From an uncultured Actinomycetota bacterium (GTDB lineage Bacteria; Actinomycetota; Acidimicrobiia; Spongiisociales; UBA4744), in NCBI GenBank assembly GCA_963717135.1, contig CAVQVN010000009.1:632269-696268 (forward strand): a stretch of DNA of 64,000 bases, given 5' to 3'. The stretch's first letter is position 1. Each line of letters begins with the position of its first letter. Position numbers and translations under genes: made by a program. The notes under the pieces are model-generated. The model did not search any database. It saw only the letters and a list, made by a program, of their open reading frames with translations, and was not told the DNA's origin. This document shows, one piece after another, positions 9,873-20,560 of this stretch.

Positions 9873-11501
9873 TCAGAGCGCCTCGTGGGTGATCCGGCCG
9901 CCCCGCACTGTGAGGGCTATGGGTGTGGCGGCAATTTCGTGGGGCGGGATCTGAAACAGGTTCCGCTTAAGCACTACCAAGTCGGCATCCTTGCCGGTCT
10001 GCAGGGATCCCGTCACGGTGTCGATCCGCAACTGACGGGCAGCATCGATGGTCATAGCCCGGATCGCCGCCTCGACCGGCAGCGCCTCGCCCGCGGGTGG
10101 CAGTGGCTCGACATCGGTGACACCGGCCAACCGCCGAGTTACCGCGGACTCGATGAGCATGAGGGGCTTGTACGTCGACACGTAGGCGGACGCCGGATAG
10201 TCGGCACCCAACGTCACAATCACCCCGGCATCAAGAGCGCTGCGGAGGGTGTAATGCCGGTCCGCCCGCTCGCCTAGCCGGCGCCGCATGACTGCATCGA
10301 CCGGCGTCCGAGCGATCCACTGTCCCGACGTGTTGTGAACGACGCCCAGCTCGGCAAACCGGGGCAGATCGGCCGGGTCGATCAGATCGCCGTGACAGAT
10401 CGTGTGCAGGATCCCCGAGTTCCCGGCGGCCCGGACACCTGCTATCGCGTCGAGCGCGACCCTCACCGCCCGATCGCCGATGGCGTGGAAGTGACAAGCA
10501 AACCCGGCCGCATCTGCCTGCCGGGCCCACCGGCGAATCTCCTCTTCAGGCGCGGCCAGCGGCCCGCACGTGTCCGGGCGGTCATCGTAGGGCTCCAGGT
10601 ACGCCGACGTGTGCGCTTCAGGAACCCCATCGACGAAGACCTTGAGCGTGTCGATTGTGACGTTGTCCGAACGTAGAGCCCGGTTGGCTTCGCGCAGGGT
10701 CCCGACGGGATCATCTCCGAAGTTGGCCACCTTGGCCGCAACCACCCGCTGCCCGATCTCCCCTCGCCGGTCGAGATCTACCAGCATGCGCCACGCCGCC
10801 CACTCGCCGATTAGGAAGATACCGGCGTCGAAGACTCCGGTGAGCCCGGAGCCGGCATACCCGGATTGGGCGGCAAGTAACGCGCGGTGCGCCTCATCCG
10901 GTGTAAACGGCGCGCCGGCCGACCGCACGATTTCCATCGCGGACTCCTCCAATACCCACCCGTTTGGTTCGCCCCGCGAATCCCGAACGAACATCGAATA
11001 CCCGGGGTCTGGATCAGGCGTCGCGCCGGTGATGCCCGCGGCCGCGAGTGCCGCCGAGTTGACCCACAGCGAGTGGCTGTTGATCTCCCTGAGAAGCACG
11101 GGGATGTTCCCAAAAACCTCATCAAGTATTTGGCGGAGGGGACCGTCGGGGAATATGTGTGATCTCCAACCTCCGCCGGTCACAACACGCTCATCGTGCG
11201 GGTACGACTTCAAGACCGTCATGATTTCGTCGAGAGTGTCACACCCGGAGAGATCAACTCCGGCCGTTTCGAGCGGGCCCTGGACATAGTGAGTGTGTGC
11301 GTCGATGAAGCCGGGCAGGACCAGAGCTTCAGGTTCCAGTTGGATGACCCGAGTCGCAGGTCCGATCAGGGGGGCCATGTCAAGATGGGAACCCAATGCA
11401 GCAACCGTGCCGTCCGTGATGGCAATGGCCTCGGCCACCGGGCAGGCAGGGTCGAAAGTCGATATAGCCGCTCCCCGCAGGACGAGGTCGGCGTGGCTCA
11501 A
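9873..11501 (-). CDS. Metal-dependent amidohydrolase (amidohydrolase-3 family)
   Basis: 542 aa. N-terminal GFIDAHTHY metal-binding motif. Last gene of the peptide-type ABC transporter operon (4-nt overlap with the upstream ATPase gene). Confidence 0.85.
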   Translation of the reverse strand: MSHADLVLRGAAISTFDPACPVAEAIAITDGTVAALGSHLDMAPLIGPATRVIQLEPEALVLPGFIDAHTHYVQGPLETAGVDLSGCDTLDEIMTVLKSYPHDERVVTGGGWRSHIFPDGPLRQILDEVFGNIPVLLREINSHSLWVNSAALAAAGITGATPDPDPGYSMFVRDSRGEPNGWVLEESAMEIVRSAGAPFTPDEAHRALLAAQSGYAGSGLTGVFDAGIFLIGEWAAWRMLVDLDRRGEIGQRVVAAKVANFGDDPVGTLREANRALRSDNVTIDTLKVFVDGVPEAHTSAYLEPYDDRPDTCGPLAAPEEEIRRWARQADAAGFACHFHAIGDRAVRVALDAIAGVRAAGNSGILHTICHGDLIDPADLPRFAELGVVHNTSGQWIARTPVDAVMRRRLGERADRHYTLRSALDAGVIVTLGADYPASAYVSTYKPLMLIESAVTRRLAGVTDVEPLPPAGEALPVEAAIRAMTIDAARQLRIDTVTGSLQTGKDADLVVLKRNLFQIPPHEIAATPIALTVRGGRITHEAL

Positions 11502-12484
11502 TTCGGCACCTCGTTTGGCTCCCAGGCGAAATGGCAGGCGGCTCGCTGGACAACAGAGGGTCCGGTGAGATCCGGTTCCGTCTGCTCACAAATGTCCTCC
11601 GCAATCGGGCAGCGAGGTCGGAAACGACACCCGCTCGGGAGGTTCAACGCACTGGGAGGTTCGCCCTTCAGCGCAGACTCACCGGGCGCCTTCTTCACGC
11701 CGAACTTCGGGGCCGCCGCCATGAGCGCTTTCGTGTACGGATGGCGCGGATCGTCGAACATCTCTGCCGTCGGGCGATCTTCCACCGCAGTGCCCAGGTA
11801 CATCACGACCACCCGATCGCTCACGTAGCGCACCACTGCCAGGTCGTGAGAGATGAACATCAGGGTCAGGCCCAGCTCTTCGCGAAGCGTGTTGAGAAGG
11901 TTGAGCACCGGCGCCTGCACCGAAACATCGAGGGCAGCGACCGACTCGTCGGCGATCAACACCTCCGGCTCCAGGGCAAGCGCCCGGGCGATGCCAACCC
12001 TCTGGCGCTGTCCACCCGACATCCGGCGCGGGCGGGCTTTCAACAGAGAGGTGGGAAGCTCTACGAGGTCCATCAACTCGGCACAGCGGTCGGCGATCTT
12101 CGCCGGAGGAACGAGCCGGTGTACCCGGAGCAGCTCCGACAGCATCTTTTCAACGGTGAGAGAGGGATTGAGCGATGAACTCGGGTCCTGGAACACCATC
12201 TGAATTCGACGCATCGTCGCTCGAGCGCGGCCCGCTCCCAGCGTTTCACCGTCGAGACGAATCGACCCAGACGCAATCGGCACCAAACCTGTAATGGCTT
12301 TGGCCAGGGTCGATTTGCCACAGCCCGACTCACCAACAATGCCGATCGACTCGCCGCGATCGACTGCGAAGGAGATCCCGTCGACGGCAGTCAGAATCGG
12401 GGGCTTCTCGCCTTTCAGACGGGCCGCGAGCAATGACCCCACCTTGAAGTTGACGGTCACGTCCCGCACCTCGAGGAAGGTCAC
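11498..12484 (-). CDS. ABC transporter ATP-binding protein (OppF/DppF-like)
   Basis: Walker A GESGCGKST, signature LSGGQRQRV, Walker B, C-terminal oligopeptide-type extension. Confidence 0.9.
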   Translation of the reverse strand: MTFLEVRDVTVNFKVGSLLAARLKGEKPPILTAVDGISFAVDRGESIGIVGESGCGKSTLAKAITGLVPIASGSIRLDGETLGAGRARATMRRIQMVFQDPSSSLNPSLTVEKMLSELLRVHRLVPPAKIADRCAELMDLVELPTSLLKARPRRMSGGQRQRVGIARALALEPEVLIADESVAALDVSVQAPVLNLLNTLREELGLTLMFISHDLAVVRYVSDRVVVMYLGTAVEDRPTAEMFDDPRHPYTKALMAAAPKFGVKKAPGESALKGEPPSALNLPSGCRFRPRCPIAEDICEQTEPDLTGPSVVQRAACHFAWEPNEVPN

Positions 12485-13461
12485 CGGCTCGCCCCCTCGA
12501 TGAGATCGGGATGGATACAGGCGGTAGTCCGGCCTTCCGAGATGGGTCGCAGCTCATGGTCGGCGCTGGTGCAGTCTTCCCGGGCGTAGTCGCAACGTGG
12601 CGCAAACCGGCATCCGGGAGGGAAGTCACGCGGATCGGGAGGATGTCCGTCGATGCCCTCCAGCCTCTCGATGCTGGCTTGGAACGACGGCACCGACTTC
12701 ATCAACGCCTCGGTATACGGGTGCTGCGGATATGAGAACACATCGTCGACCGGTCCGGTTTCCACGATCCGTCCGGCGTACATGATCGCCAGACGATCAC
12801 ACAGCTCACCGAGCACCGCCAGGTCGTGGCTGACGAAGATGATCGACATGCTGAGTTCGGCGCGGAGCTTCTGGAGCAAGCCGAGGATCTGATCCTGGAT
12901 GGAGACGTCGAGCGCCGTGGTCGGTTCGTCGCACAGCAGCAGCTTGGGTGTGGTCGACAGCGCGGTAGCGATCATCACTCGCTGCCGGAGTCCACCCGAC
13001 AATTGGTGAGGCCACATCTTCGCCCGGCGTTCCGGGCTGGGGATTCCGACCTGGCGCATCAGCTGGATGGCCCGCTCCCGGGCTTCCGACTTGCCGAGAC
13101 CCTCATGAACTCGAGGTCCTTCTGCGATCAGATCGCCCACCTTCATCGTCGGGTTCAATGCCGTCATGGGCTCCTGAAAGATGATCGAAATGCCGTGCCC
13201 GTGAACGTCGGCCGGCCGGTAGGGAATCGGTTCCTCCCGGCCGAGGGCGAAGCGGAGCTCTCCCCCGGTGGTGGCCGCCGGCGGAAGGATGCCGATGATC
13301 GCCTTGAGGGTCAGGCTCTTGCCCGATCCGGATTCGCCGGCGATGCCGAGCGCCTCGCCACGATCCAGCGAAATGGTAACGCCGTCGACCGGGGTGACCG
13401 TCCCGGCGCCGATCTCGAAAGAGACCTCCAAATCGGCTACTTCCAGGATGCGATCGGTCAT
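12481..13461 (-). CDS. ABC transporter ATP-binding protein (OppD/DppD-like)
   Basis: Walker A GESGSGKS, signature [10 protein letters not shown]-terminal OppD-type Cys-rich tail. Confidence 0.9.
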   Translation of the reverse strand: MTDRILEVADLEVSFEIGAGTVTPVDGVTISLDRGEALGIAGESGSGKSLTLKAIIGILPPAATTGGELRFALGREEPIPYRPADVHGHGISIIFQEPMTALNPTMKVGDLIAEGPRVHEGLGKSEARERAIQLMRQVGIPSPERRAKMWPHQLSGGLRQRVMIATALSTTPKLLLCDEPTTALDVSIQDQILGLLQKLRAELSMSIIFVSHDLAVLGELCDRLAIMYAGRIVETGPVDDVFSYPQHPYTEALMKSVPSFQASIERLEGIDGHPPDPRDFPPGCRFAPRCDYAREDCTSADHELRPISEGRTTACIHPDLIEGASR

Positions 13462-14339
13462 GCCCGGAGACCTTCTTCGAGGCCCTCACCGACGAGCGAA
13501 AGGCCGAGCCCGAGGCCGACGATCACGAGGCCGGGAACGGTGGCCAGCCACCAGTTGGTGCGGATGAACGGCTGGCCGTCGGCGATCATCGCCCCCCACT
13601 CCGGTGTCGGTGGGGGAATCCCCAAACCGAGGAACGAGAATGCCGCCAGCGCCAGAGTGGCGAAGACGATGTCACTCGGCAGGTACACCAGAGTCTGGTT
13701 GATCACGTTCGGGAAGACGTGCACCCGGAGGATCCGCATTCGGCGCAGTCCGGCCACGCGGGCAGCCTGCAGGTAGTCGAGGTCCTTTACTCGCAAAACC
13801 TCGGTGCGGATGATGCGGGCGTAGATCACCCAGGCCAGCACCGTAAAAGCGACGATGATCGAGGTCGCCCCCTGGCCGAGGGCGAACACCAGGACGATCA
13901 CGAGAATGTAGGCCGGGAAAGCCTGAACGACATCGGCCGTCCGCATGATGGCGGTGTCGGCCCACCGGCCAAAGAACCCGGCGATCGCGCCAAGGATGGT
14001 TCCCAAAATGGCAGGCAACAGGGCTCCCAGGAAACCGATCGGAATATCGATCCGGGCCGCATAGAGCAGCCGGGAGAACACATCGCGTCCCAGCTCGTCG
14101 GTGCCGAGCCAGTGGTCGACGCTGGGGGCGGCCAGCTTGTTGACCGGGTCGATCGCCAGGGGATCGTGGGGCGCCAGAACCGGGGCGAGGAGAGCAATGA
14201 GCACATAGAAGATCAGAATCCCCAGGCCAACCCACACCTTCTTCGGAAGGCGTTTCCACATCCCCGGCTCGCCGAAGGGCACCGCGACATGGGGAAGGTC
14301 GGGGAGGGCTTCGAAGGAGGGGGCCGCGGGCGTCGTCAT
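13458..14339 (-). CDS. ABC transporter permease (DppC/OppC-like)
   Basis: The listed ORF extends to 14975, but its first 212 aa are out-of-frame overlap with the upstream permease. The ATG at 14339 gives an ATGA overlap with the permease-B stop and a native-looking N-terminus (MTTPAAPSFEALPD…). The EAA-like loop is present. Confidence 0.85.
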   Translation of the reverse strand: MTTPAAPSFEALPDLPHVAVPFGEPGMWKRLPKKVWVGLGILIFYVLIALLAPVLAPHDPLAIDPVNKLAAPSVDHWLGTDELGRDVFSRLLYAARIDIPIGFLGALLPAILGTILGAIAGFFGRWADTAIMRTADVVQAFPAYILVIVLVFALGQGATSIIVAFTVLAWVIYARIIRTEVLRVKDLDYLQAARVAGLRRMRILRVHVFPNVINQTLVYLPSDIVFATLALAAFSFLGLGIPPPTPEWGAMIADGQPFIRTNWWLATVPGLVIVGLGLGLSLVGEGLEEGLRA

Positions 14340-15277
14340 TCGATCTCCACTCTTGGGTCGAGGATGGCGGTGACGATGTCGGCGAGGAGGTAGACGGCCA
14401 CCACAACCAGGGCGAAGAGAAGTGTGTATCCCTGAACTGAAGGGAGGTCGCGGCCTCGGGCAGCGAGGACCAACCCCTGTCCGACCCCCGGTAAGGCGAA
14501 GGTGGTTTCGATCACCACCGCTCCGAAGAGCAGGAAACCGATCTCGATGGCCACCAGGGTCACCCCGGGCCCGGCCGAGTTGCGCAGCACGAAGCGTCGC
14601 ACGAGGCGTCCGCCGGCCACCCCGATCGAACGGGCAGTCGAGATGTAATCGGATTCCATGACCTGAATCATGGAAGCTCGCAGCCCCCGAATGATGAAGG
14701 GAGACGATGCGATCGCCAGCGTCAGCCCCGGCAAGATCATCGAATGGAGACGCTCCCCGAATGTCTCCCCGAACCCGCCGGCCGGAAACCACCCGGTCTT
14801 GAGCGCCACCAGGAGCAACAGGATGACCCCGGTCCAGAATGAAGGCATGCTCAACCCGAGGAGGCCGAAGCCACGGATGATCTGGTCGGCAGCCCGGTCT
14901 TTGCGAAGAGCCGCGATGACCCCCAAGGGGACACTGATCAGCAGCGTCATCAAGACGCCCGTCACCATCAGCCACACCGTGACCGAGATACGCTCACCGA
15001 TGATGCTCGATACCGGTTTGCGCGACTTGTAGGAGTAGCCGAGATCGCCCTGTAGAACATCGCCTACGTAGCGGCCGTACTGCACGATGATCGGATCGTT
15101 GAGACCCAACTCCTCGCGAACCTCCTCGAGTTGCTCTTCCGAGGCTCGAAGCCCAACAATTTGGCGGGCAGGATCGCCCGGGGTGATTTGGAGCACCAGA
15201 AAGACAACCAGCACGATTCCGAACAGCATCGGGATAGTCTGCAGCAGTCGCTTGATGACGAAGCCAAACCGACCCAA
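14336..15277 (-). CDS. ABC transporter permease (DppB/OppB-like)
   Basis: 313 aa. Six TM segments and a binding-protein-dependent transport signature. Confidence 0.9.
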   Translation of the reverse strand: MGRFGFVIKRLLQTIPMLFGIVLVVFLVLQITPGDPARQIVGLRASEEQLEEVREELGLNDPIIVQYGRYVGDVLQGDLGYSYKSRKPVSSIIGERISVTVWLMVTGVLMTLLISVPLGVIAALRKDRAADQIIRGFGLLGLSMPSFWTGVILLLLVALKTGWFPAGGFGETFGERLHSMILPGLTLAIASSPFIIRGLRASMIQVMESDYISTARSIGVAGGRLVRRFVLRNSAGPGVTLVAIEIGFLLFGAVVIETTFALPGVGQGLVLAARGRDLPSVQGYTLLFALVVVAVYLLADIVTAILDPRVEIE

Positions 15278-15314
15278 GCGATAGTCCTCCCCTCAAATTT
15301 GTAGTGTTCTTCCT

Positions 15315-16895
15315 CTATCCGCCCAGGCCGATGGTGTCGTAGTAGTAGAGACCCCAGGGAGCCGACCAAAAGCCGGTCAGATCTTGATCCACGGCATGCA
15401 GATAGGAACCCTCCGCAACGGCGATGGCCGCCGCGTTATCGATGGCCTCGTCCTGGATCTTGGCCACGATCGCCTCCATGTCGGCCCCGGTTGCCGCTTC
15501 GCTATAGGCGAGGAAGTCCTCGAACAAGGTGTCGGTCTCGAACCCGCTAAACAGCCACCCGGTGGCCATGATCCAGTTCATTGGATCGGCCATGTCGGGC
15601 TGGATGGCACCGTAGTTCCAGATGGTCATGTCGGCGTCGATCGAAAATGCCCGGTCGAGGAAGGCACCGGTCTCGAGCGAAGCCAGGGTCACATCGATCC
15701 CGATCTCGGCCAGGTTGGCCTGGATGATCTGCACCACCAGCGTGTCCAGTTCGTTGCCGGCGTCGTAGATCAGCTCGACGTCGGCTCCCCCCGCTGCCGA
15801 TGATTGTCCGATCAGATCCTGGGCCTTGGCCAGGTCCCGACGGAAGTACGGCTTGGTCGGCGGAACCCAGTTCCAGATATTCGGCGCCAGGATCCCGCTG
15901 GGAAGGCCGAAATACTCGCCGAGGGCCGCGTCGATCGCCTCGTAGTCGATCGCGTAGGCGACGGCCTGGCGGACCAGCAGATCATCGAATGGAGGCCGCA
16001 GAACGTTCATGCCGATGTGCTCGACCGAGTGGATCGTGCACTTGTACACGTCGGCCGGGTCGTACTGCGGGGCAATCGTCGGCGACAGGTACTCGTTGAT
16101 CTGCACGTCGCCACTCTGGAAAAGAATCTGTCGTTCGGTCTCATCGGCGATCACTTCGAGGACCAGCTCATCGACCTTGGGTCGCTCCGGGTCGTAGAAG
16201 TAGGGGTTCGGGGACAAAACGATGCGTCCACCCAGGGACCATTCGTCGACCACGAACGGTCCGGCGCCGATAGGACTGTTGTAGTACTCCTCTTCGGTCA
16301 TGCCGGCGAAGTCCTTGGGCATGATTCCCGAGACCGACGACGCCATGATCGGTGTGATGGTGTTGTCGGGATAGGCGAGCTCGAGCACCACCTGGTTTCC
16401 TTCGCCGGTGACTGCGGCGATGCTCTCCCAAGACAAGCCGAAGTTGGGTCCGGCTCGCCAAACGTCGAGGGAGAAGGCAACGTCTTCGGCGGTGACAGGC
16501 TCACCGTTGCTGAACCGGGCGTTTTCCTGCAAGGTGAAGGTGAGGGTCAGCCCTTCTGGGTCATATACCCAGCTCTCGGCCAAGCCCGGCTCGAGAGAAA
16601 CCCCATCGGCCCCGAAGCGGAGCAGGGGTTCCATAACGGCCAGATGGGTCTGGTAGCTGGAGTAGGCGGCGGCCGAGTCGAGTACCCATCCGTCGAAGGA
16701 CTCGAAGCGAACCGCCGTCAGAGTGCCGCCTCCTTCGGGAGGGACCCCAGTTGTATCGGTGCCGCCCGCAGTGGTCTCGGTGCCGGACTGCGTTGTGGCG
16801 GTGCCGCCCGCGGTTGTCTCTGTAGTTTCCGTGCCGCACCCCGACGCCAGCAACGCCAGCACCGCAAGGAATGCAATTGCCGTTCTCAATCTCAT
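15315..16895 (-). CDS. ABC transporter substrate-binding lipoprotein, family 5 (peptide/nickel/opine type)
   Basis: SBP_bac_5-like. Start reassigned to ATG 16895 (MRLRTAIAFLAVLALLASGCG… lipobox) with a GGAGAGGAG RBS. A Thr/Gly-rich linker follows the Cys. AmtR-box-like palindrome 56 bp upstream. Confidence 0.85.
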   Translation of the reverse strand: MRLRTAIAFLAVLALLASGCGTETTETTAGGTATTQSGTETTAGGTDTTGVPPEGGGTLTAVRFESFDGWVLDSAAAYSSYQTHLAVMEPLLRFGADGVSLEPGLAESWVYDPEGLTLTFTLQENARFSNGEPVTAEDVAFSLDVWRAGPNFGLSWESIAAVTGEGNQVVLELAYPDNTITPIMASSVSGIMPKDFAGMTEEEYYNSPIGAGPFVVDEWSLGGRIVLSPNPYFYDPERPKVDELVLEVIADETERQILFQSGDVQINEYLSPTIAPQYDPADVYKCTIHSVEHIGMNVLRPPFDDLLVRQAVAYAIDYEAIDAALGEYFGLPSGILAPNIWNWVPPTKPYFRRDLAKAQDLIGQSSAAGGADVELIYDAGNELDTLVVQIIQANLAEIGIDVTLASLETGAFLDRAFSIDADMTIWNYGAIQPDMADPMNWIMATGWLFSGFETDTLFEDFLAYSEAATGADMEAIVAKIQDEAIDNAAAIAVAEGSYLHAVDQDLTGFWSAPWGLYYYDTIGLGG

Positions 16896-16950
16896 GGTCC
16901 CGCTCTCCTCTCCAGGAGTAGTCCAGCTCGAATCCCACTCCAAAACCCAT

Positions 16951-16966
16951 CCTATCGAGGGATAGG
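16951..16966. promoter_or_regulatory. AmtR-box-like palindrome CCTATC-GAGG-GATAGG (copy 1) upstream of the ABC transporter operon
   Basis: Seen directly. 6+6 inverted repeat, 4-nt spacer. Confidence 0.6.
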
Positions 16967-16989
16967 TAGCCTCGCCGGTGGCACTCGAG

Positions 16990-17931
16990 TCAATCGATTT
17001 CCCTTTCCTCCTCGGTCAGCCGCCCGTATTGATCGGGGCGACGGGTATCGAACAATCCAAATGTCAACCAATCTCTGCGCTGGTCAAGATCCAGGTCGGC
17101 AACCAACACGGTCGGCTCAGCCCGGGGAGCCTCGACGAGGACCCGGCCGTAGGGATCGGAGACAAACGACGAGCCATAGAACGTGAGCGGTCCCTCGGTT
17201 CCGATCCGGTTCACTGCCACCATGTAGGTTCCGTTGGCCAGACCATTGGCGGTGATCATGTGCTTCCACAACGGCTGGGTGTCGAAATCACCGAGATCGG
17301 GTTCGGATCCGATGGCCGTTGGATAGACGAGAACCTCGGCGCCTTCGAGTGCATAGATGCGGGCCAGTTCTGGGTTCCACTGATCCCAGCAAGTCGGGAA
17401 GCCGAAGCGAGCGCCGGCCACTTCGACCACCGGGAATCCGGTGTTTCCGGCGGCGAAGTAGCGGTCCTCGTGGTAGTAGGGGAACTGGGGGATATGGACC
17501 TTGCGGGTGCGGGCTATCACCTCGCCTGCCGGATTCACGGCGATGGCCGTGTTGAAACCGGCACCATCCGGATCCTTCTCGTAGAGAGAAGCGTGAACCA
17601 CGGCGCCGGTTTCGGCGGCCATCAACCGGGCCAGTTCCGTGGTTGGACCGTCGCCGATCGTCTCCGCGTACGTCCGGGCCGCTTCTTGATCATCGGGGAC
17701 GACGGCGAAATATGGCGCCAGGGTCAGCTCCTGAAGGCAGATCACTTGTGCCCCTTGGTCTGCCGCCCTTCGCATGCCCTCACAGAGCGTCGCCTGATGC
17801 GCGGCGGGATCGGGATGCCAAGCGCATTGCACCGCTCCGATCCGCAACGAAGGTCGACCGCTGGGCGGTTCGACTCTCATGGGCGAGTCGAGCGGATCGT
17901 CGATCCGGGTGATCAATCTGAATTCGGTCAT
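16990..17931 (-). CDS. aguB: N-carbamoylputrescine amidase (carbon-nitrogen hydrolase / nitrilase superfamily)
   Basis: 313 aa. CN-hydrolase fold with E-K-C triad context (…GFPTCWDQW…). Translationally coupled to the agmatine deiminase gene upstream. Confidence 0.8.
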   Translation of the reverse strand: MTEFRLITRIDDPLDSPMRVEPPSGRPSLRIGAVQCAWHPDPAAHQATLCEGMRRAADQGAQVICLQELTLAPYFAVVPDDQEAARTYAETIGDGPTTELARLMAAETGAVVHASLYEKDPDGAGFNTAIAVNPAGEVIARTRKVHIPQFPYYHEDRYFAAGNTGFPVVEVAGARFGFPTCWDQWNPELARIYALEGAEVLVYPTAIGSEPDLGDFDTQPLWKHMITANGLANGTYMVAVNRIGTEGPLTFYGSSFVSDPYGRVLVEAPRAEPTVLVADLDLDQRRDWLTFGLFDTRRPDQYGRLTEEEREID

Positions 17932-18935
17932 GGGGTTCCTCCCGGCGCCGGGACTTGCATGGTGGTGCAGTGCAGACCTCCGCCTGCATATGAGACCATT
18001 TTTCCGGGGACGGCGACGACCTCCCGTTCGACGAAAGCCCGCTGCAGCACTTCGATGGCCGCGATGTCGGAGGCAAAGTCCCCGGTTCCAACGATCACGG
18101 CCCCGTTGATCAGGTAGATATTGGCGTAGGCCACTCCGACTTCGGTCCCGTCGAACGGTTCAGTCGGAAGTCGGGGCAATTCGATCACTTCGAGATTGCG
18201 GCCGGCGGCGTCGGTCTCCGCGTCGAGTGCTTGGCGATCTGCGGCCATCAGCTCGAAATCTGGATCATCCGGGTCCTCGCACGTCTGGAGAAGGACCACC
18301 CCGGGACGGACAAATGTGCACACTGCATCGACGTGTCCATCGGTGACGAAGTCGGCGGAGATACCCCACGGCAGCCAGACGACCTTGCGGATGCCGAGTC
18401 GATCGTTCAGCTCCTGCTCGATTTCCTCCCGCGACATGCCGGGATTGCGATTCGGATTGAGCAGGCACTGCTCGGTGGTGATCAGCGTGCCTTCTCCGTC
18501 GACGGTGATTGCCCCACCCTCGAGCACCATGTCCGACCCGATGCGCTGGATGCCGAGGTGATCGAGTATCGCCGCCGCGCTCGCCGCCGTCTGGTCGTAA
18601 GGTGGATAGCGTTCGCCCCATGCGTTGAAACGGAAATCGACGCCGGCCCGCGCCCCGTCATCGTCGACGACCACGATCGGACCTGAGTCGCGCACCCAGG
18701 CCGATTCATACGGGATCGCGACCAGCTCGATTCCCGAGGTCAGTGCCCGGCGGGCACCTTCGACGTCCGCCGGGTTCACCATCATGGTGAGCGGCTCGAA
18801 GGCGGCAATGGCATTGGCCAGCCCGGCGTAGGTTTCTCGGGCGGCTTCCAGGTGTGGCCCCCAGCTGGGGTGGACGGGCCAGGCCATCAACGAACGCTCG
18901 TGCAGTTCCCACTCGGCCGGCATGCGAAAGCTCAT
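17928..18935 (-). CDS. aguA: Agmatine deiminase
   Basis: Peptidyl-arginine-deiminase (Porphyromonas-type) fold. Start at ATG 18935 (MSFRMPAEWE…). Conserved blocks WVRDSGP, GGAITVDGEGT, GGGLHCTTMQ (C-terminal catalytic Cys). Confidence 0.85.
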   Translation of the reverse strand: MSFRMPAEWELHERSLMAWPVHPSWGPHLEAARETYAGLANAIAAFEPLTMMVNPADVEGARRALTSGIELVAIPYESAWVRDSGPIVVVDDDGARAGVDFRFNAWGERYPPYDQTAASAAAILDHLGIQRIGSDMVLEGGAITVDGEGTLITTEQCLLNPNRNPGMSREEIEQELNDRLGIRKVVWLPWGISADFVTDGHVDAVCTFVRPGVVLLQTCEDPDDPDFELMAADRQALDAETDAAGRNLEVIELPRLPTEPFDGTEVGVAYANIYLINGAVIVGTGDFASDIAAIEVLQRAFVEREVVAVPGKMVSYAGGGLHCTTMQVPAPGGTP

Positions 18936-20560
18936 CCTCGCCCTCCGGTTGGTCCTCCGTGCACGATCTCGCCACCGAGGACGGTCATCCACACGCCGAG
19001 GTGGCGAATCTCGCTCGGATCGACAGAAAAAATATCGCCGTCGACGACGGTCAGGTCGGCCAGCTTCCCGGGCTCGATCGAGCCGAGGCGATCCTCGGCG
19101 AAGATGGCGTGGGCGGCGTCGATGGTGTGGGCCCGCACCGCTTCCTCAACGGTCAGTGCCTGATCGGCCCCGATCGGGCGTCCCCCCATGGTCTTGCGAA
19201 GCACTGCGTTGGTGACCGTCTCCAGCGGCCGGTACGAGGTGACGTCGGAGTCGCTGCTCAGCACCACCTTGACTCCGGCATCGAGTTCGGCGCGCATCGG
19301 CTGCAACCGGTGGGCACGATCACCGAGCCGGGAGAGGAACTCGTCGCCCTGGTCGTGCAGGTAGTTGGGCTGGTTGATGGCGAAGACGCCGAGCCGGGCC
19401 ATGCGATCGATCTGATCTGGTCTCGGGTAGCCGCAGTGCTCGATGCGATGGCGGGGATCGGGACGAGGATGCGCCTCCATGGCATCCTCGAAGGCGTCGA
19501 GGACCGCCTCGATGGCCAGATCCCCCTGAGCATGGACGCCGACCTGCCACCCCCGGCTATGTGCCCTGTCGATCATGGCCCCCAGTTCAGCCGGCTCCCA
19601 GTACCGGAGGCCTGCGAACTCGCCGTCCTCGCCGTAGGGCTCAGAGAAGACCGCCGTGCCTCCGATCAACGAACCGTCCATGTAGAACTTCATCGGACCC
19701 AGCCACAGAAGGTCGTCGCCGAAGGGACCGGCCAGCCCGATCGAGCCGTACTCCTCGAGTTGATGGGACAGTGGCATGATCGCCACTCGTAGCCACCATT
19801 TCCCGCGGCGGCGGGCCTCGCGGTAACCGGCCATCTCGCGGCGCGTCACCTGGGCGTCGCACACGGTTGTCAGACCGGCTGCGAGGAAAGCCCGGCCGGC
19901 TCGCTCTATGGCGCCGACCAGTTCGTCGAGGCCGGCTTCCGTGTGGAAGTTGGGACCGTGAGAGCCGATGTCGACCACCACCGGTTGCACGAGACCCTGG
20001 GCGGCATCCTGGAACAACCCGGTAACGCGGCCCTCGCCGTCTCTCACGAGCCGGCCCCCTTTCGGATCCGGGGTAGCGTCGTTGAGGCCGGCGGTCTCGA
20101 GCGAGCGTGTGTTGACCAGGAGATAATGGCCCGAGACGTGGGAGATAGCGACCGGATGGTCCGTAGTGGCGCGGTCGAGATCCCACCGGGTTGGAGCCCT
20201 GTCGTACTTACCGTGGTCAAAGCCGAAGCCTCTGATCCACAGCCCCGGTGGCGTGTCGGCTGCCACGGCTGCCACTGCGGCGACGAGGTCCTCCACCGAA
20301 GCGACTGCCGGATAACGGGCGTCGATCGACGCCAGCGACTCGCCGGTCATCAGATAGTGGTTGTGGGCGTCGATGAAGCCGGGCACCATGGTCCGGCCGC
20401 CTAGATCGATCCTCGCCGCGTCCGGATAGGTTCTGAGAACCTCTTCATCGCCGCCCACCATCAGAATTCGTCCGGTCCGAACGGCCACCGCCTCGGCCCA
20501 TGACCCGGAACGATCGGCGGTATACACCGAGCCGCGGTGGAACACCCGCAGGTCGTTCAT
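18932..20560 (-). CDS. Metal-dependent amidohydrolase (amidohydrolase-3 family)
   Basis: Start placed at ATG 20560 (MNDLRVF…), which makes an ATGA overlap with the upstream aminotransferase stop. GFIDAHNHY motif. Confidence 0.8.
   Translation of the reverse strand: MNDLRVFHRGSVYTADRSGSWAEAVAVRTGRILMVGGDEEVLRTYPDAARIDLGGRTMVPGFIDAHNHYLMTGESLASIDARYPAVASVEDLVAAVAAVAADTPPGLWIRGFGFDHGKYDRAPTRWDLDRATTDHPVAISHVSGHYLLVNTRSLETAGLNDATPDPKGGRLVRDGEGRVTGLFQDAAQGLVQPVVVDIGSHGPNFHTEAGLDELVGAIERAGRAFLAAGLTTVCDAQVTRREMAGYREARRRGKWWLRVAIMPLSHQLEEYGSIGLAGPFGDDLLWLGPMKFYMDGSLIGGTAVFSEPYGEDGEFAGLRYWEPAELGAMIDRAHSRGWQVGVHAQGDLAIEAVLDAFEDAMEAHPRPDPRHRIEHCGYPRPDQIDRMARLGVFAINQPNYLHDQGDEFLSRLGDRAHRLQPMRAELDAGVKVVLSSDSDVTSYRPLETVTNAVLRKTMGGRPIGADQALTVEEAVRAHTIDAAHAIFAEDRLGSIEPGKLADLTVVDGDIFSVDPSEIRHLGVWMTVLGGEIVHGGPTGGRG

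Noticed and set aside
14340-14975. 212-aa N-terminal extension of ORF 13458-14975
   Set aside because: Overlaps the upstream permease gene in another frame and translates to Arg/Gly/His-rich nonsense. The ATG at 14339 gives a classic ATGA overlap and a native permease N-terminus.
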